This document shows, one piece after another, positions 8,588 to 17,699 of a stretch of 64,000 nt of DNA. Below the pieces are notes generated by a model, which saw only the letters and a list, made by a program, of their open reading frames with translations, was not told the origin of the DNA and searched no databases. The translations under genes and the position numbers were made by a program. This stretch comes from Methanomassiliicoccaceae archaeon (GTDB lineage: Archaea > Thermoplasmatota > Thermoplasmata > Methanomassiliicoccales > Methanomassiliicoccaceae). The stretch lies in NCBI GenBank assembly GCA_040776945.1, contig JAXGZN010000002.1, positions 736,001-800,000 on the forward strand, in the 5' to 3' direction. Position 1 is the stretch's first letter, and each line of letters starts with the position of its first letter.

Positions 8588-10361
8588 CTCGAGTTCGCCA
8601 CTTATGAACGTCGAACGATTCTGATATGCGAGCAGATCATCCGGACGTCACGCGGCCTGGGTAAAGAATAAAAGCGGTCTTCCGTTCGTTATAGTCGCCA
8701 AACATACACAAGCGGAAAGACCGTGTTCTGTATCGTATCGATGCATATCAAAGATGCGGTCGTTTCGTTCGAGTTTGGCGGGATGAGTGAACGACCTGCC
8801 TCGCAGAAAGAGCACGATACACGCACGCGTACCGGCACCGAACGAGAACGTTACCATGAGCATGGGCAGCAAGGTGCTCGTTGACGCCGTGTTCGCAGAC
8901 GTCGGCCTGAACGACTTCCTGGACGGTCTGAAGAGAGATCAAGGAGAGAAGGTCTCTGCGGAAGTGAAAGCGCTGGTGGCCACCTCGGTGGACATGACCG
9001 GCGTATCGGTCAACCGCCTCGACCGCATGCTGGACGACGATCTCGTCCGCAAGGAGTACGGACTGGGTAACAGTGCTTCCCGATCGATCTATCGCACGGT
9101 CGATCGCATCGGGAAGAGCAGCGACGCCATCGTCCGCTTTCTCGCCGAGGCGCTGAAGACGAAGTACGGCGTCGGGATGGACACGGTGTTCCTGGACTGG
9201 ACATCGATGTACTTCGAGGCGCCTCAGAACGTCTTCGTCAGGATCGGCTACTCCCGAGACCACCGGCCGGACCGGCCGCAGGTAACGGTCGGACTGAGCG
9301 TGGACAAAGCGTCCGGAATGCCTATCGGTCTCACCATCATGCCCGGCAACGTCGTCGACGTCACTCACTTCCAGGAGACGTTCAAGCAGATGCGTTCGCT
9401 TCTTCCGGACGACGCCATGATCGTGTTCGACAACGGGGCGTACTCCAAGGAGAACTCCGCTCTCCTCGAAAGGGGAGAGTTCGGATTCGTCACGCTTCTG
9501 CAGATGAACGCATCGGACGATGCGTTCGTTCGAGCTCATGAGAAAGAGTTCGTGGACCTCGGGGACGGGATGTCCTTCCTGGCGGTGCAAGGCAACCTCG
9601 GTCGAAAGAGGTTCATCTTCCGCAGCGAGACGCTGCGCAGCGACGCCTTGCAGAGGTACCGCGCGAAGGCGGAGCGGGACTACGACGACATGGTGAACCT
9701 CAAGGCCGCCGTGGAAGGGGACAGGAGACCGCGCAAGAAGTACCGGACATCGAACTGCTTCGTCGATACTCATCTGTCGTACCGCTTTCCATTGGACGTC
9801 ATGAACAGGGAGGAGGCGATAGAGCATGCGGTGCGGTCGATGTTCACCGGCCGGGAGGGACTTTTCGTGCTGCTGACGAACCGTTCGTTGACAGCATCCG
9901 AGACGCTGAAGATCTACCGGTCCAGGAACGCCGTGGAGACGGCGTTCCGTGATCTCAAGCACGGCATCGACTGGAGGCCGGCCAGGTGCACGTCGGAGGA
10001 CGCCATCAAGGGACGCATACTGATCTCTTTCCTTGCTCTGTTCTGCATGTCCATGGTCCGCTTCCTGCATCCCGAGCTCTCCAGGATGACGGCGGAATCG
10101 TTGGTCACCGAGCTTGCTTCGTTCTCACTTACGGTCGAGCGACGCAGCAACGGCGTGATCAGACGAATTTGGAGCAACTTTTCGCCGATCATCCGGTATT
10201 TAGGGGGCCGAAAGCGGCCTCTTCCGGTGCCTTCGGCACCGGGACAGGCCGTTCTCGATCGCTTTCCCGGGTGACGAAGCGTAAGTGAGAACGCCGCAGA
10301 CTTGGCGAGAACGAGTTCGGTCAGCGAACGCGATCACGGTCGGCTAAGTGGCGAACTCGGG
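8588..10361 (+). mobile_element. IS1634-family insertion sequence
   Basis: Perfect 15-bp terminal inverted repeats CGAGTTCGCCACTTA (8590-8604) and TAAGTGGCGAACTCG (10345-10359), extendable to 17 bp with one mismatch; flanks TTATT/TTATA form only an imperfect target duplication. Confidence 0.9.
8787..10274 (+). CDS. IS1634-family DDE transposase
   Basis: FLDWTSMYFE, GYSRDHRPDRPQV, PGNVVD, VFDNG, YRSRNAVETAFRDLK motifs. Confidence 0.92.
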   Translation: MNDLPRRKSTIHARVPAPNENVTMSMGSKVLVDAVFADVGLNDFLDGLKRDQGEKVSAEVKALVATSVDMTGVSVNRLDRMLDDDLVRKEYGLGNSASRSIYRTVDRIGKSSDAIVRFLAEALKTKYGVGMDTVFLDWTSMYFEAPQNVFVRIGYSRDHRPDRPQVTVGLSVDKASGMPIGLTIMPGNVVDVTHFQETFKQMRSLLPDDAMIVFDNGAYSKENSALLERGEFGFVTLLQMNASDDAFVRAHEKEFVDLGDGMSFLAVQGNLGRKRFIFRSETLRSDALQRYRAKAERDYDDMVNLKAAVEGDRRPRKKYRTSNCFVDTHLSYRFPLDVMNREEAIEHAVRSMFTGREGLFVLLTNRSLTASETLKIYRSRNAVETAFRDLKHGIDWRPARCTSEDAIKGRILISFLALFCMSMVRFLHPELSRMTAESLVTELASFSLTVERRSNGVIRRIWSNFSPIIRYLGGRKRPLPVPSAPGQAVLDRFPG

Positions 10362-10412
10362 TTATATTCGCTAGTCCTCTAAGGGATGGAAGAATTGTTT
10401 ATATTCGAGCAT

Positions 10413-10443
10413 GGTGGTACGCTACGTAACGTAGCGTACCACC
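10413..10443. repeat. 31-bp palindrome (15-bp arms, 1-nt centre)
   Basis: GGTGGTACGCTACGT-A-ACGTAGCGTACCACC. Confidence 0.9.
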
Positions 10444-10540
10444 GCCCTTGATTTGAGGCAGATCTTACAGGGAATCATGTCGCCTTTCCCCCCTAAATCC
10501 CAGCAAAGGTGACAATTAAAAGGATATCCTTTTATCCTAG

Positions 10541-10585
10541 CTGCAACATCTCTAATCTTAGTATAGCAATCTGCAACGTATCTAA
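10541..10585 (+). promoter_or_regulatory. Direct repeat upstream of the TA-like operon (candidate operator)
   Basis: CTGCAACATCTCTAA (10541-10555) and CTGCAACGTATCTAA (10571-10585), 30 bp apart, just before ATG 10598. Confidence 0.4.
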
Positions 10586-10597
10586 CGGGTGATCTAA

Positions 10598-10768
10598 ATG
10601 GCTACCGTGTCGTTTAACAAGCCGTTGGAGATAAGAAGCGACAAGTCTGCTTCTGCTCTGATAAAGGCTTCTATGGAGACAGATAGCCATAAGCCTATTA
10701 AGAGAGTAGACATTTCCAGGGAAAGAGAGAGTGGTCTTTCATCCCTGAGAAAAAAATATTCTCATTAA
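10598..10768 (+). CDS. 56-aa putative antitoxin
   Basis: Manually translated MATVSFNKPLEIRSDKSASALIKASMETDSHKPIKRVDISRERESGLSSLRKKYSH; GGGTGA before ATG; overlaps the GNAT frame. Confidence 0.65.
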   Translation: MATVSFNKPLEIRSDKSASALIKASMETDSHKPIKRVDISRERESGLSSLRKKYSH

Positions 10769-11340
10769 GAGATTTTCTCGATTCTGCCAACGATGAAGCA
10801 GCCGTAATTGCGGATTTATCGTCATTTGTATGCGTCAAGGATTCAGATATTCAACATTTTTTAATAGAGAAGGCAATACCATTCGAGAAAGCTCACAAGA
10901 GCAGAACTTACATCATCCTCAATAAAGATTCCTTGGATACTGGTAGGATAGAGATATTAGCATATTTTTCGGTGGCTATGGATCATCTTCTCATTCGTGA
11001 AGGCGTGTCTGGAACATTGAGAAGAAAACTCAATGGCATTTTCAATGACGATAGAGTGCCCTGTTATCTCATAGGTCAATTAGCACGGAACGATTCGTGT
11101 CCTAAGGAGGTTCTCGATGGAGAGGAGATCTTAAATTATGCATTAAGCGTGCTATTGGACGCCCACGACATAATCGGAGGTAGATTCGTACGTGTCGATA
11201 GCAAAGAATGCGTTGGGCTTTTGTCGTTTTATCAATCAAATGGTTTTAGATTATTGCCAGATAAGGAGGAACACGGGCTTTGTCAGTTGGTAAGATTTAT
11301 CTCGAGTAAAAAACAAGGGGCGGCAACGGGGATCTCGTAA
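10750..11340 (+). CDS. GNAT-family acetyltransferase, putative toxin (start unresolved)
   Basis: Homology-like sequence extends ~60 codons upstream of TTG 10933 (KIFSLRDFL...SSFVCVKDSDIQHFLIEKAIPFEK..KSRTY); also LIGQLARND, GGRFVRVD, LLSFYQSNGF. Confidence 0.75.
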   Translation, partial: KKIFSLRDFLDSANDEAAVIADLSSFVCVKDSDIQHFLIEKAIPFEKAHKSRTYIILNKDSLDTGRIEILAYFSVAMDHLLIREGVSGTLRRKLNGIFNDDRVPCYLIGQLARNDSCPKEVLDGEEILNYALSVLLDAHDIIGGRFVRVDSKECVGLLSFYQSNGFRLLPDKEEHGLCQLVRFISSKKQGAATGIS

Positions 11341-11560
11341 TTGGTTTTTTAGAATCACAGATCAAAGATTGATATGTTTTAGCGAACCATCAAGTATCAA
11401 CGGATTACGTTTTAGCTTTCAGTTTCTTGATCATCATGTGCAGGGGACGCCTCGAACCTGCGAGGTCTGTTGGGGAACTTAGTCCTAATTCCGTTAGCAG
11501 GATTAAGACAAGTTTGTCGGTTATTATCCCACCAATATGGTCTCTATTGAAAAAGTCCGC

Positions 11561-12667
11561 TCATTTTGAATAGACAAATAATTCATCAAGGATGAGGATG
11601 GCTTGGATTGCACGCAACTTCGTCATCTCGTTATCGTCAAGTATGCCATGGGCAAAACCAATTCTACCTGATCGGACACTGCCATTTCGAATGCTTTCTT
11701 CACTAATTTTGTTAAAGAACGTATTTTTCAAATAATTAACAAATTCTCTCCTTAAATCAACTGATAGTACTGGATGCTTTATCCTAGATTCCTGGATGAA
11801 ATATCCAGTAAGGCGGCCGTATTCTGTATCCATCGTTCCAGTTTTTTCGATACCCAGTTGTTGAAAAAAACCCTCAATCCGAGGGTAGAATATTGAGATA
11901 GCAGAGATATAACGGCCGTTGATGTAATTATCCACCCCTTCTCTTAAGCTCCGCTCATATCTTTTAAATCTGGGTTTCTGAACCCAGCTCTCGACCATCT
12001 GGTTCAGATCCTCCTCTTTAAAAGTGTTGATAAAATCATTTTCTGTTTTTTCGTCGTATTCATTGTTGCTAATTAGCTCGCACAATCTGGTTAACTTCGA
12101 TCCTCTCAATCTGGCAAACGGAAACCAACCTTTTTCCAATGCAACGCTACGAGCACCTTCCAAGCTGGCTTTAAATAGCGCCGGAAAAAGGTCCTGGACG
12201 ATTTGATTCTTTATACTACCTTTTAGGTCTACAATATGGTCTCGGGGCAGCTCAACTCCTGATTGGTCATTCAGATTGGGAAAGAAATCAAAGAGAATTG
12301 TTCTTTTCTGTAAAAAATGATGATAAAAAATGTAAGCAGTATTAGGAGGAATATCAACACCAAGCAGTTCGATCGAGGCGATATCGGCAATGTCATCGCG
12401 ATATACTGGTGCTCCGGCCTTCCTTGTTGCTAATGATATTATTTCCGCCACCATTGGGATATTAATGTATACGATGGTCTTATCTGGCATAATCAATACA
12501 AGGCAATTTGTTATCGAAGAAAAACCACGTTTATTATTCAGCATCCATTCTTTCAGATAGACTTTGTTCAACAAGTCGAATAAATCTCCGATCGGCTCCC
12601 CCTTACCATCTTTTTCGTGGGCATTGAGTGGTGCTTGAATTGTGAACGATGCTTCAGGGGTCTCCAT
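11561..12667 (-). CDS. Hypothetical protein with C-terminal HEPN-like motif (candidate RNase/defence)
   Basis: AT-rich gene; AISIFYPRIEG helix followed by RIGFAHG (R-x4-H). Confidence 0.55.
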   Translation of the reverse strand: METPEASFTIQAPLNAHEKDGKGEPIGDLFDLLNKVYLKEWMLNNKRGFSSITNCLVLIMPDKTIVYINIPMVAEIISLATRKAGAPVYRDDIADIASIELLGVDIPPNTAYIFYHHFLQKRTILFDFFPNLNDQSGVELPRDHIVDLKGSIKNQIVQDLFPALFKASLEGARSVALEKGWFPFARLRGSKLTRLCELISNNEYDEKTENDFINTFKEEDLNQMVESWVQKPRFKRYERSLREGVDNYINGRYISAISIFYPRIEGFFQQLGIEKTGTMDTEYGRLTGYFIQESRIKHPVLSVDLRREFVNYLKNTFFNKISEESIRNGSVRSGRIGFAHGILDDNEMTKLRAIQAILILDELFVYSK

Positions 12668-13117
12668 AAAACCGGAATGAGCATGTCATTATTTTAGATG
12701 GTCGAGTTGCAGAACTAGCCTCAAGAAAAGAACTGTCATTATATTTGCTCTCTATTTTCATAAAAAATTAAACCTATGTTTTTGGATTATTTTATGGCCA
12801 TTTGAGAGAGTACTTCGAAATATTCGAAACCAAGTGTCTGATGTTCTCCAGATGGGTTTTCATACGATATTAGCCCCCCGCCTCTTCAGCAATTATGGTT
12901 CCCACTGGTTCAATAATTCCCTCAACAAGCCCCCTCGAGCACTCAGCGGCAGATTTCGACGTACCAGATTCTAATCGGTCTCGACCCCCCCCCCCGCTTG
13001 TGGTAAGGCCATTTGGCGACCCGTTCCACCATGGCCGTGGGCTTGTGGCATATTGGATACTCTGCTCCTCGTCACGCTAAGTGGGGAGAGCAGAACAGTG
13101 AGTGGCCGTTCTAGCAA

Positions 13118-13330
13118 TCATGGTCGAGCCCCCGGATCGATGTTCTCGGCCATGCTCGCCCATTCATTAACCGCGGTACTTGATCTCAACGTCTGCGGGG
13201 CGATTCTCCCCTGGCACCAGGGGCAAGGAGGGCAGTGATCGCAGACCGAACCGGGCCTGGCTCTGCACTCCATGCAGGGGGCGCATTCGTGCTGCACCTC
13301 CTCCGCCGTCGCGATGCACTCGATCTCCAT
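13118..13330 (-). CDS. Cys-rich microprotein
   Basis: MEIECIATAEEVQHECAPCMECRARPGSVCDHCPPCPWC...; ATG overlaps the upstream TGA. Confidence 0.55.
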   Translation of the reverse strand: MEIECIATAEEVQHECAPCMECRARPGSVCDHCPPCPWCQGRIAPQTLRSSTAVNEWASMAENIDPGARP

Positions 13331-13470
13331 CAGACGATCACCCCCAGCATCACGTATCCGATGGTGAACCCGATTAGCAGGGACAGCAAACCGCCGATCA
13401 GCCACCAAATCGGGTCGATTCCGATCGCAGCGGGGATACTCCCCTTCGTCGAGGCCTCGAACCCCATCAT
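13330..13470 (-). CDS. 46-aa single-TM microprotein
   Basis: Manually translated MMGFEASTKGSIPAAIGIDPIWWLIGGLLSLLIGFTIGYVMLGVIV; coupled at both ends. Confidence 0.6.
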   Translation of the reverse strand: MMGFEASTKGSIPAAIGIDPIWWLIGGLLSLLIGFTIGYVMLGVIV

Positions 13471-13658
13471 CGAGGGAGCCTCCAGATTGCCCAGCGACTC
13501 TGATACCGGGCCAGGGCTTCCGGTCCCTCTTGCTCAAGGACTATATTCTCCAGGGCTAAGCGGTCCTCCTCCTCGATGGTCCGCTCACGGGGCGGGACCT
13601 CCGCCTCGCGCACCATCGAGACCAGACGCTCATAGGCATCGGTGCAGGCATCGCTCAT
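13467..13658 (-). CDS. 63-aa hypothetical protein
   Basis: MSDACTDAYERLVSMVRE...; ATGA overlaps at both ends. Confidence 0.6.
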   Translation of the reverse strand: MSDACTDAYERLVSMVREAEVPPRERTIEEEDRLALENIVLEQEGPEALARYQSRWAIWRLPR

Positions 13659-13777
13659 GGCCTTACCATCCCAGTGCCCAGGATGACGACCACGGCCAGG
13701 ACCACGGCCACAAGAATCATCGTGACCGGCAGCTGGACGTTGTCCCAGGTCCACTCCCGGCCGGGCGAGTGGATCAT
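13655..13777 (-). CDS. 40-aa single-TM microprotein
   Basis: MIHSPGREWTWDNVQLPVTMILVAVVLAVVVILGTGMVRP; GGGAGG RBS, ATGA overlaps. Confidence 0.55.
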   Translation of the reverse strand: MIHSPGREWTWDNVQLPVTMILVAVVLAVVVILGTGMVRP

Positions 13778-14169
13778 ACCCTCCCCCCGGTCACGTGGCT
13801 GGCCCATTGGGGCCCCATCGTTATGGGGGTCAGCATCTCGTTGTACCTCCGGTTCAGGCAGAACTGGTGGACGAATCGGACCTCGTCCGGCAGGAGGTGC
13901 GAGCTCCCCCTGGGTCGGTAGTAGAGGTAGCAACCCATTGAGTGGACCCGGCGGAGCTCGATGTGCGGCACGCCCGAGGCGTTGAGCTTCTGAGTGATGG
14001 CCAGGTGCGAAGCGTTCGATACCTGGTTACCACAGTCTGGGCAGGTCCTCTCCCGAAGGTAGGAGACCAGACGGGGGAAATCGGAGTAGTGCCCCTGCCT
14101 CGAGCGCCGGAACACCTCCAGGGCCTCGGTGCCGTAAAGGTGGTCCAGATCCTCGACCGTCAGCCTCAT
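13774..14169 (-). CDS. Hypothetical protein with a CPDC motif
   Basis: 131 aa, coupled to both neighbours by ATGA overlaps. Confidence 0.65.
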   Translation of the reverse strand: MRLTVEDLDHLYGTEALEVFRRSRQGHYSDFPRLVSYLRERTCPDCGNQVSNASHLAITQKLNASGVPHIELRRVHSMGCYLYYRPRGSSHLLPDEVRFVHQFCLNRRYNEMLTPITMGPQWASHVTGGRV

Positions 14170-14378
14170 CGCGGCCGCCTCTTACTGACCATTCTCTCGA
14201 TCCTACTCAGGAGCTCCCTGGCGTCGCGCAGGTCGTTCTCCTGGTCCAACGCCAGAGTGTAGAGCCTCTGCATCCTGGCGTCGTAGCCTCTAGTCTTGGC
14301 CCCATCGTCCCACCTCACCCGCTCGACCGGGCTCATAAGGAGCCCTATCATGATCTCGTCGGTCTGCTCGTCCGTCAT
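14166..14378 (-). CDS. 70-aa hypothetical protein (coiled-coil C-terminus)
   Basis: GGAGG upstream, ATGA overlaps. Confidence 0.6.
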   Translation of the reverse strand: MTDEQTDEIMIGLLMSPVERVRWDDGAKTRGYDARMQRLYTLALDQENDLRDARELLSRIERMVSKRRPR

Positions 14379-15910
14379 CCGTGGTTGCCTCCACCTTTTC
14401 CTCGAGGGGGGCCCTTGGCTGGGTTGCCCCCTCGGCTAATCGATCGCAAAGACCCCGCGCTATGGGACCTTGGAGAATAAGTGTGGAACTCGCCGAGGCT
14501 CGAGACCGAGGAATCGACCCCCACCTGGGCGGCGAGCGCCTTGAGGAGCTGGGCCATCTGATCCCTCTCCCGAGCTGACTGCTCCTGGTACTTTCCAAAA
14601 GGGGTGACAATCTGGGCAATCGCCTGGTCGTGCCCGGCGACCCGGCCGACCAGCTTGCCCATCATGTCCTGCAGCTTCCTGGTCTCCTTGATGTTCACGT
14701 AGGTCGAGGCGTTAAGATTGGCGATGCTCGGCCCGCCTTGGACCACGCTGTCCAGCATCCTCTGCAGGTCGCTGACGGGATGCTCCTCGATGTTGCCGTC
14801 CTGGTGGCAGACCTCGTGGCGGATCTTGGTCTCGCCATTGGGGAAGACCTTGCGATAGACGCGCTCAAGCGTACCGTCGACCTGCTTGGACGTCCAGCAC
14901 ATGTCGTAGACGCCGGCGAGCTCCTGCTTGACCTCGGAGTCCGTCCCGACGTGCACCATGTGGACGAAGATGAAGTCCTGGATGTCCCACCACGATAGGC
15001 CAGTTCGAGCTTCGAAGATCCCGTCGATCTTGCACAAAGCGCCGTGGAACTCGGCCGCGCCCATCGGCGTCTCCGAGCAGGATATGGTGATGGTGAGGTT
15101 GCCCGACCAGTAGAAGTGTAAGATGATGTCGCTTTTCGGGGTGTGTTACTTCTCCCGGAACCCGCCGTCCAGGAGGTACTTGCGCCGGTTCCGCGGGCGG
15201 CCCTCGTCGGCCTTGGCCCTCTCCGGCTTGTAGAACAGTTGGATGATTGAGAGGGGGTCGAGAGGGTTGAAGATCCGGTCGATGAGGTCGATGCCCACCG
15301 AGCCCCCTGCATTGTGTGCCTGGCCAGGGGCCGCAGGGTCGGCAAGGGGGGAGGGGTACAGGCACCCCGTTCTTTTGTATCCGTCTATAAAAGGCTTGTC
15401 TGACTTTTTGGATGCTGGGGGCCTGTCCTCGTTCGAGTATTCGATCTGGGTGGCTAACCTTCTCAATGTAACCGCTAGATCGTTGTTCTTCGCGGTCACC
15501 TTGAGAACGTCCTCCCGGCGGAACATGAGCTGCACGTCGTGGACCCTGGGCAGGTTCTCGACGGCGATCTCGCGCTCCAGAGAGACGTTGATGGCAGCCT
15601 CGAAGGAACCGGGTACGATCTTGTAACCGTCGTGGTCCTTGAGGATGGAACGCTCGTCGAGCATCCTGGAAAGGGTACCCTTTACCGACCCTACGGAGGG
15701 CTTCTTACCCTCGGCGTCCTTGGGTATCCTGGCTGTGATGATCTTGGGATTGAGGCCTACGGGCGACCGGGACGCGGCCTCGGCCCGCAGGACCTTGAGG
15801 ATCTTGTCCCGCACGGTCTCCCGAGGACCCTTTCCTCGAGAGCTGCGAGGGGAGGGGCTAGCAAGGGTTACATCGGATCTTGCAGAATTGTAACCCTCCG
15901 ACGCTGGCAT
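14375..15910 (-). pseudogene. wHTH plus Rep_trans-like replication initiator (~511 codons), interrupted by one in-frame TAA at 15146-15148
   Basis: ORFs 15146..15910 and 14375..15064 are in frame and the 27 codons between them are open; N-terminal wHTH; motifs RVHDVQL, HVGTD, ERVYRK, RHEV. Confidence 0.55.
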
Positions 15911-15922
15911 GATGTAACCCTC
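15864..15922. repeat. Three TGTAACCCT boxes (one inverted) over the rep start; candidate operator or origin
   Basis: AGGGTTACATC 15864-15874, TGTAACCCTC 15889-15898, GATGTAACCCTC 15911-15922. Confidence 0.6.
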
Positions 15923-16130
15923 ACTCCGTTCCGAGGTTCGCGGCAGCTGGTCCTATCGTTCGATAGGACGGTGAAAACGATAATATGCAATGAGAATGTT
16001 GAGCACTGCTGGATTGCACGAGTGGTTGCCTCCATTTTTGCGTCCAGCATGGGAGGGTCACGCGGGTTGGCTCCTAGCGTGCTTCCCTGCCCATGCACTT
16101 CTCTAGGCGCATCTCTCCTTGACCGCGCTC

Positions 16131-16547
16131 TCACGCCCCCTGGTCCGCTAGGCAGAGCTCCCGCTCCTCGTGCACTACAACGATGTCTCCCCGGGCGATC
16201 GACTCCCGGAGCCTGCGGTTCTCAACGCCCCAACGCCTGCTGTTCGCGTAAACGGTTTGCAGCCTGTTTTGTAGCTCTTCGTGCGACGTGCTCGAGGGGC
16301 TCCCTTCCTCCCCGTTAGAGGGGCTGTTTTCGGCCTGATTCGGGGTGGCGAAAGATGACAAAAATTCATGTCGCAAACGGGGGTAGCCAGCGTTTTTCAT
16401 GGGCCCTAATCTCTTCGGGCCCACCACTTTCATAAACTCATGCCGTTTGTGACAAGGGTTTTTGTCACGCCCTTCCCCGTGCGGGGAAGGTCCTTCCCTC
16501 GTCGGAGAGGGAGTTTTCAGCTTGTTCGGCAGCGGTTTGTAGCTCAC
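16131..16547 (-). CDS. Hypothetical protein (C-terminal coiled coil; start uncertain)
   Basis: 138-aa ORF preceded by TTATA; first gene of the minus-strand run. Confidence 0.4.
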   Translation of the reverse strand: MSYKPLPNKLKTPSPTREGPSPHGEGRDKNPCHKRHEFMKVVGPKRLGPMKNAGYPRLRHEFLSSFATPNQAENSPSNGEEGSPSSTSHEELQNRLQTVYANSRRWGVENRRLRESIARGDIVVVHEERELCLADQGA

Positions 16548-17432
16548 TTAACTATAAGCTGCGGGCGATGCCGGGCCATCGCCCTGAACGGTCCATTAGG
16601 GCTAGACGCCCTCACCCATATCGTGTCGCCAATGATGATCTATTGGCCATTGACAAAAAAAAATGAATGAAATATTTGTTCCTCTGATGTGAACGTGGTC
16701 AACTTACATCTGGCCACAGGGGACTCGTTATCCAATCGAACGGATCAATAGGGACCACGAGGGAGGCGGGATCAAGCAAGGCCGATGCCCCTCTTCCTGA
16801 CGAGGTGGAAGATCTTCGAAAAGGGTCCAGGAAGAGATCGAACTGGAACTTAAGAATAGGAAACTTATAGAAAAGCACCCTCAACGGGCCAGGAAGTTCA
16901 TTCCTGTTCTGGCCACCTTGATAGTGATGAACATCGTGATCGCGTTGACCACCGAGAGTTACTCGTTGTTATGGATCATCTCCAGCTTCTTGGTCTGAGT
17001 GTACTTCTTCGTTCACGATGGCGCCTCACTAACCTTACAGACCTGTTCGGCCTTTTTCCGCGCCGGGCCGCCGGCTTGACGTCCTCTCATCCATCAATTC
17101 TTTTCCCTCCTTGAACAGGGAGGGCAGCTACTTCACCGAGGGGGAACCTGCTTCGATAGGTAGCTTCGGAACTACCTCTAGGATGCTTCATGTTCTGCAG
17201 GCGGTGGAAGAAGAGGTCTTCGGATCGAAGACGCTTCTCCGTCCATCGTAAGGCAGAAATGGGCATTGAGGGACCATGTCAAACAATATCCATCGTTATC
17301 AGGCCCCATGGGCCGCTCGAGCATGGTGTCTAGATGATGAGCGGCGGTCGGCGATGCAACCGCCTGGTAGATTGTTTTCCCGTAGATATTTCAACCCGTG
17401 ACATCTCAGATGCATATCGGCACAGCGCTTGA

Positions 17433-17699
17433 TCATCTCAGGCACTTACCGCTCATCTTTCCCTCATCGGTCTTCGGAACGTGATCAAGGTGCTTTGATG
17501 GCATGTTCATTATGATGCGGGCCGCTTCAGCGAACGCTTTGCGCCGCTCCCTGTTCCCGAAGACCTCGGCGGCCATCGCCCTCGCTATGAGGTAGCCGGC
17601 AGCCTCGTTCCGGTCGATGCTCTCCCCGCGCCCTTCATCGCTCACCTGAAACGCCGTTATTGATATTCTTTCTCGGATTATATATATCTGATTACTCAT
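17433..17699 (-). CDS. Hypothetical protein
   Basis: 88-aa ORF with an AT-rich promoter-like upstream region. Confidence 0.5.
   Translation of the reverse strand: MSNQIYIIRERISITAFQVSDEGRGESIDRNEAAGYLIARAMAAEVFGNRERRKAFAEAARIIMNMPSKHLDHVPKTDEGKMSGKCLR

Larger units (their letters stand above)
1..16700. mobile_element. Putative integrated virus/plasmid-like element with internal cargo region (left end outside window, right end approximate)
   Basis: Two minus-strand runs of small overlapping (ATGA/TAATG-coupled) ORFs at 1-1804 and 13118-16547, a Rep-like gene, Zn-finger/wHTH/integrase-N-like proteins, AT-richer cargo and no housekeeping genes. No att repeat or full integrase seen. Confidence 0.6.

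Noticed and set aside
8748-10070. Long antisense ORFs (8748..10070, 18342..20714, 23281..24216, 39193..40455 and similar)
   Set aside because: Shadow frames of GC-rich real genes on the opposite strand, with no recognisable motifs
16790-17060. Plus-strand membrane-protein-like fragment (VQEEIELELKNRKL...LATLIVMNIVIAL)
   Set aside because: No start codon, frame-disrupted and no recognisable family; probably a remnant and too weak to call
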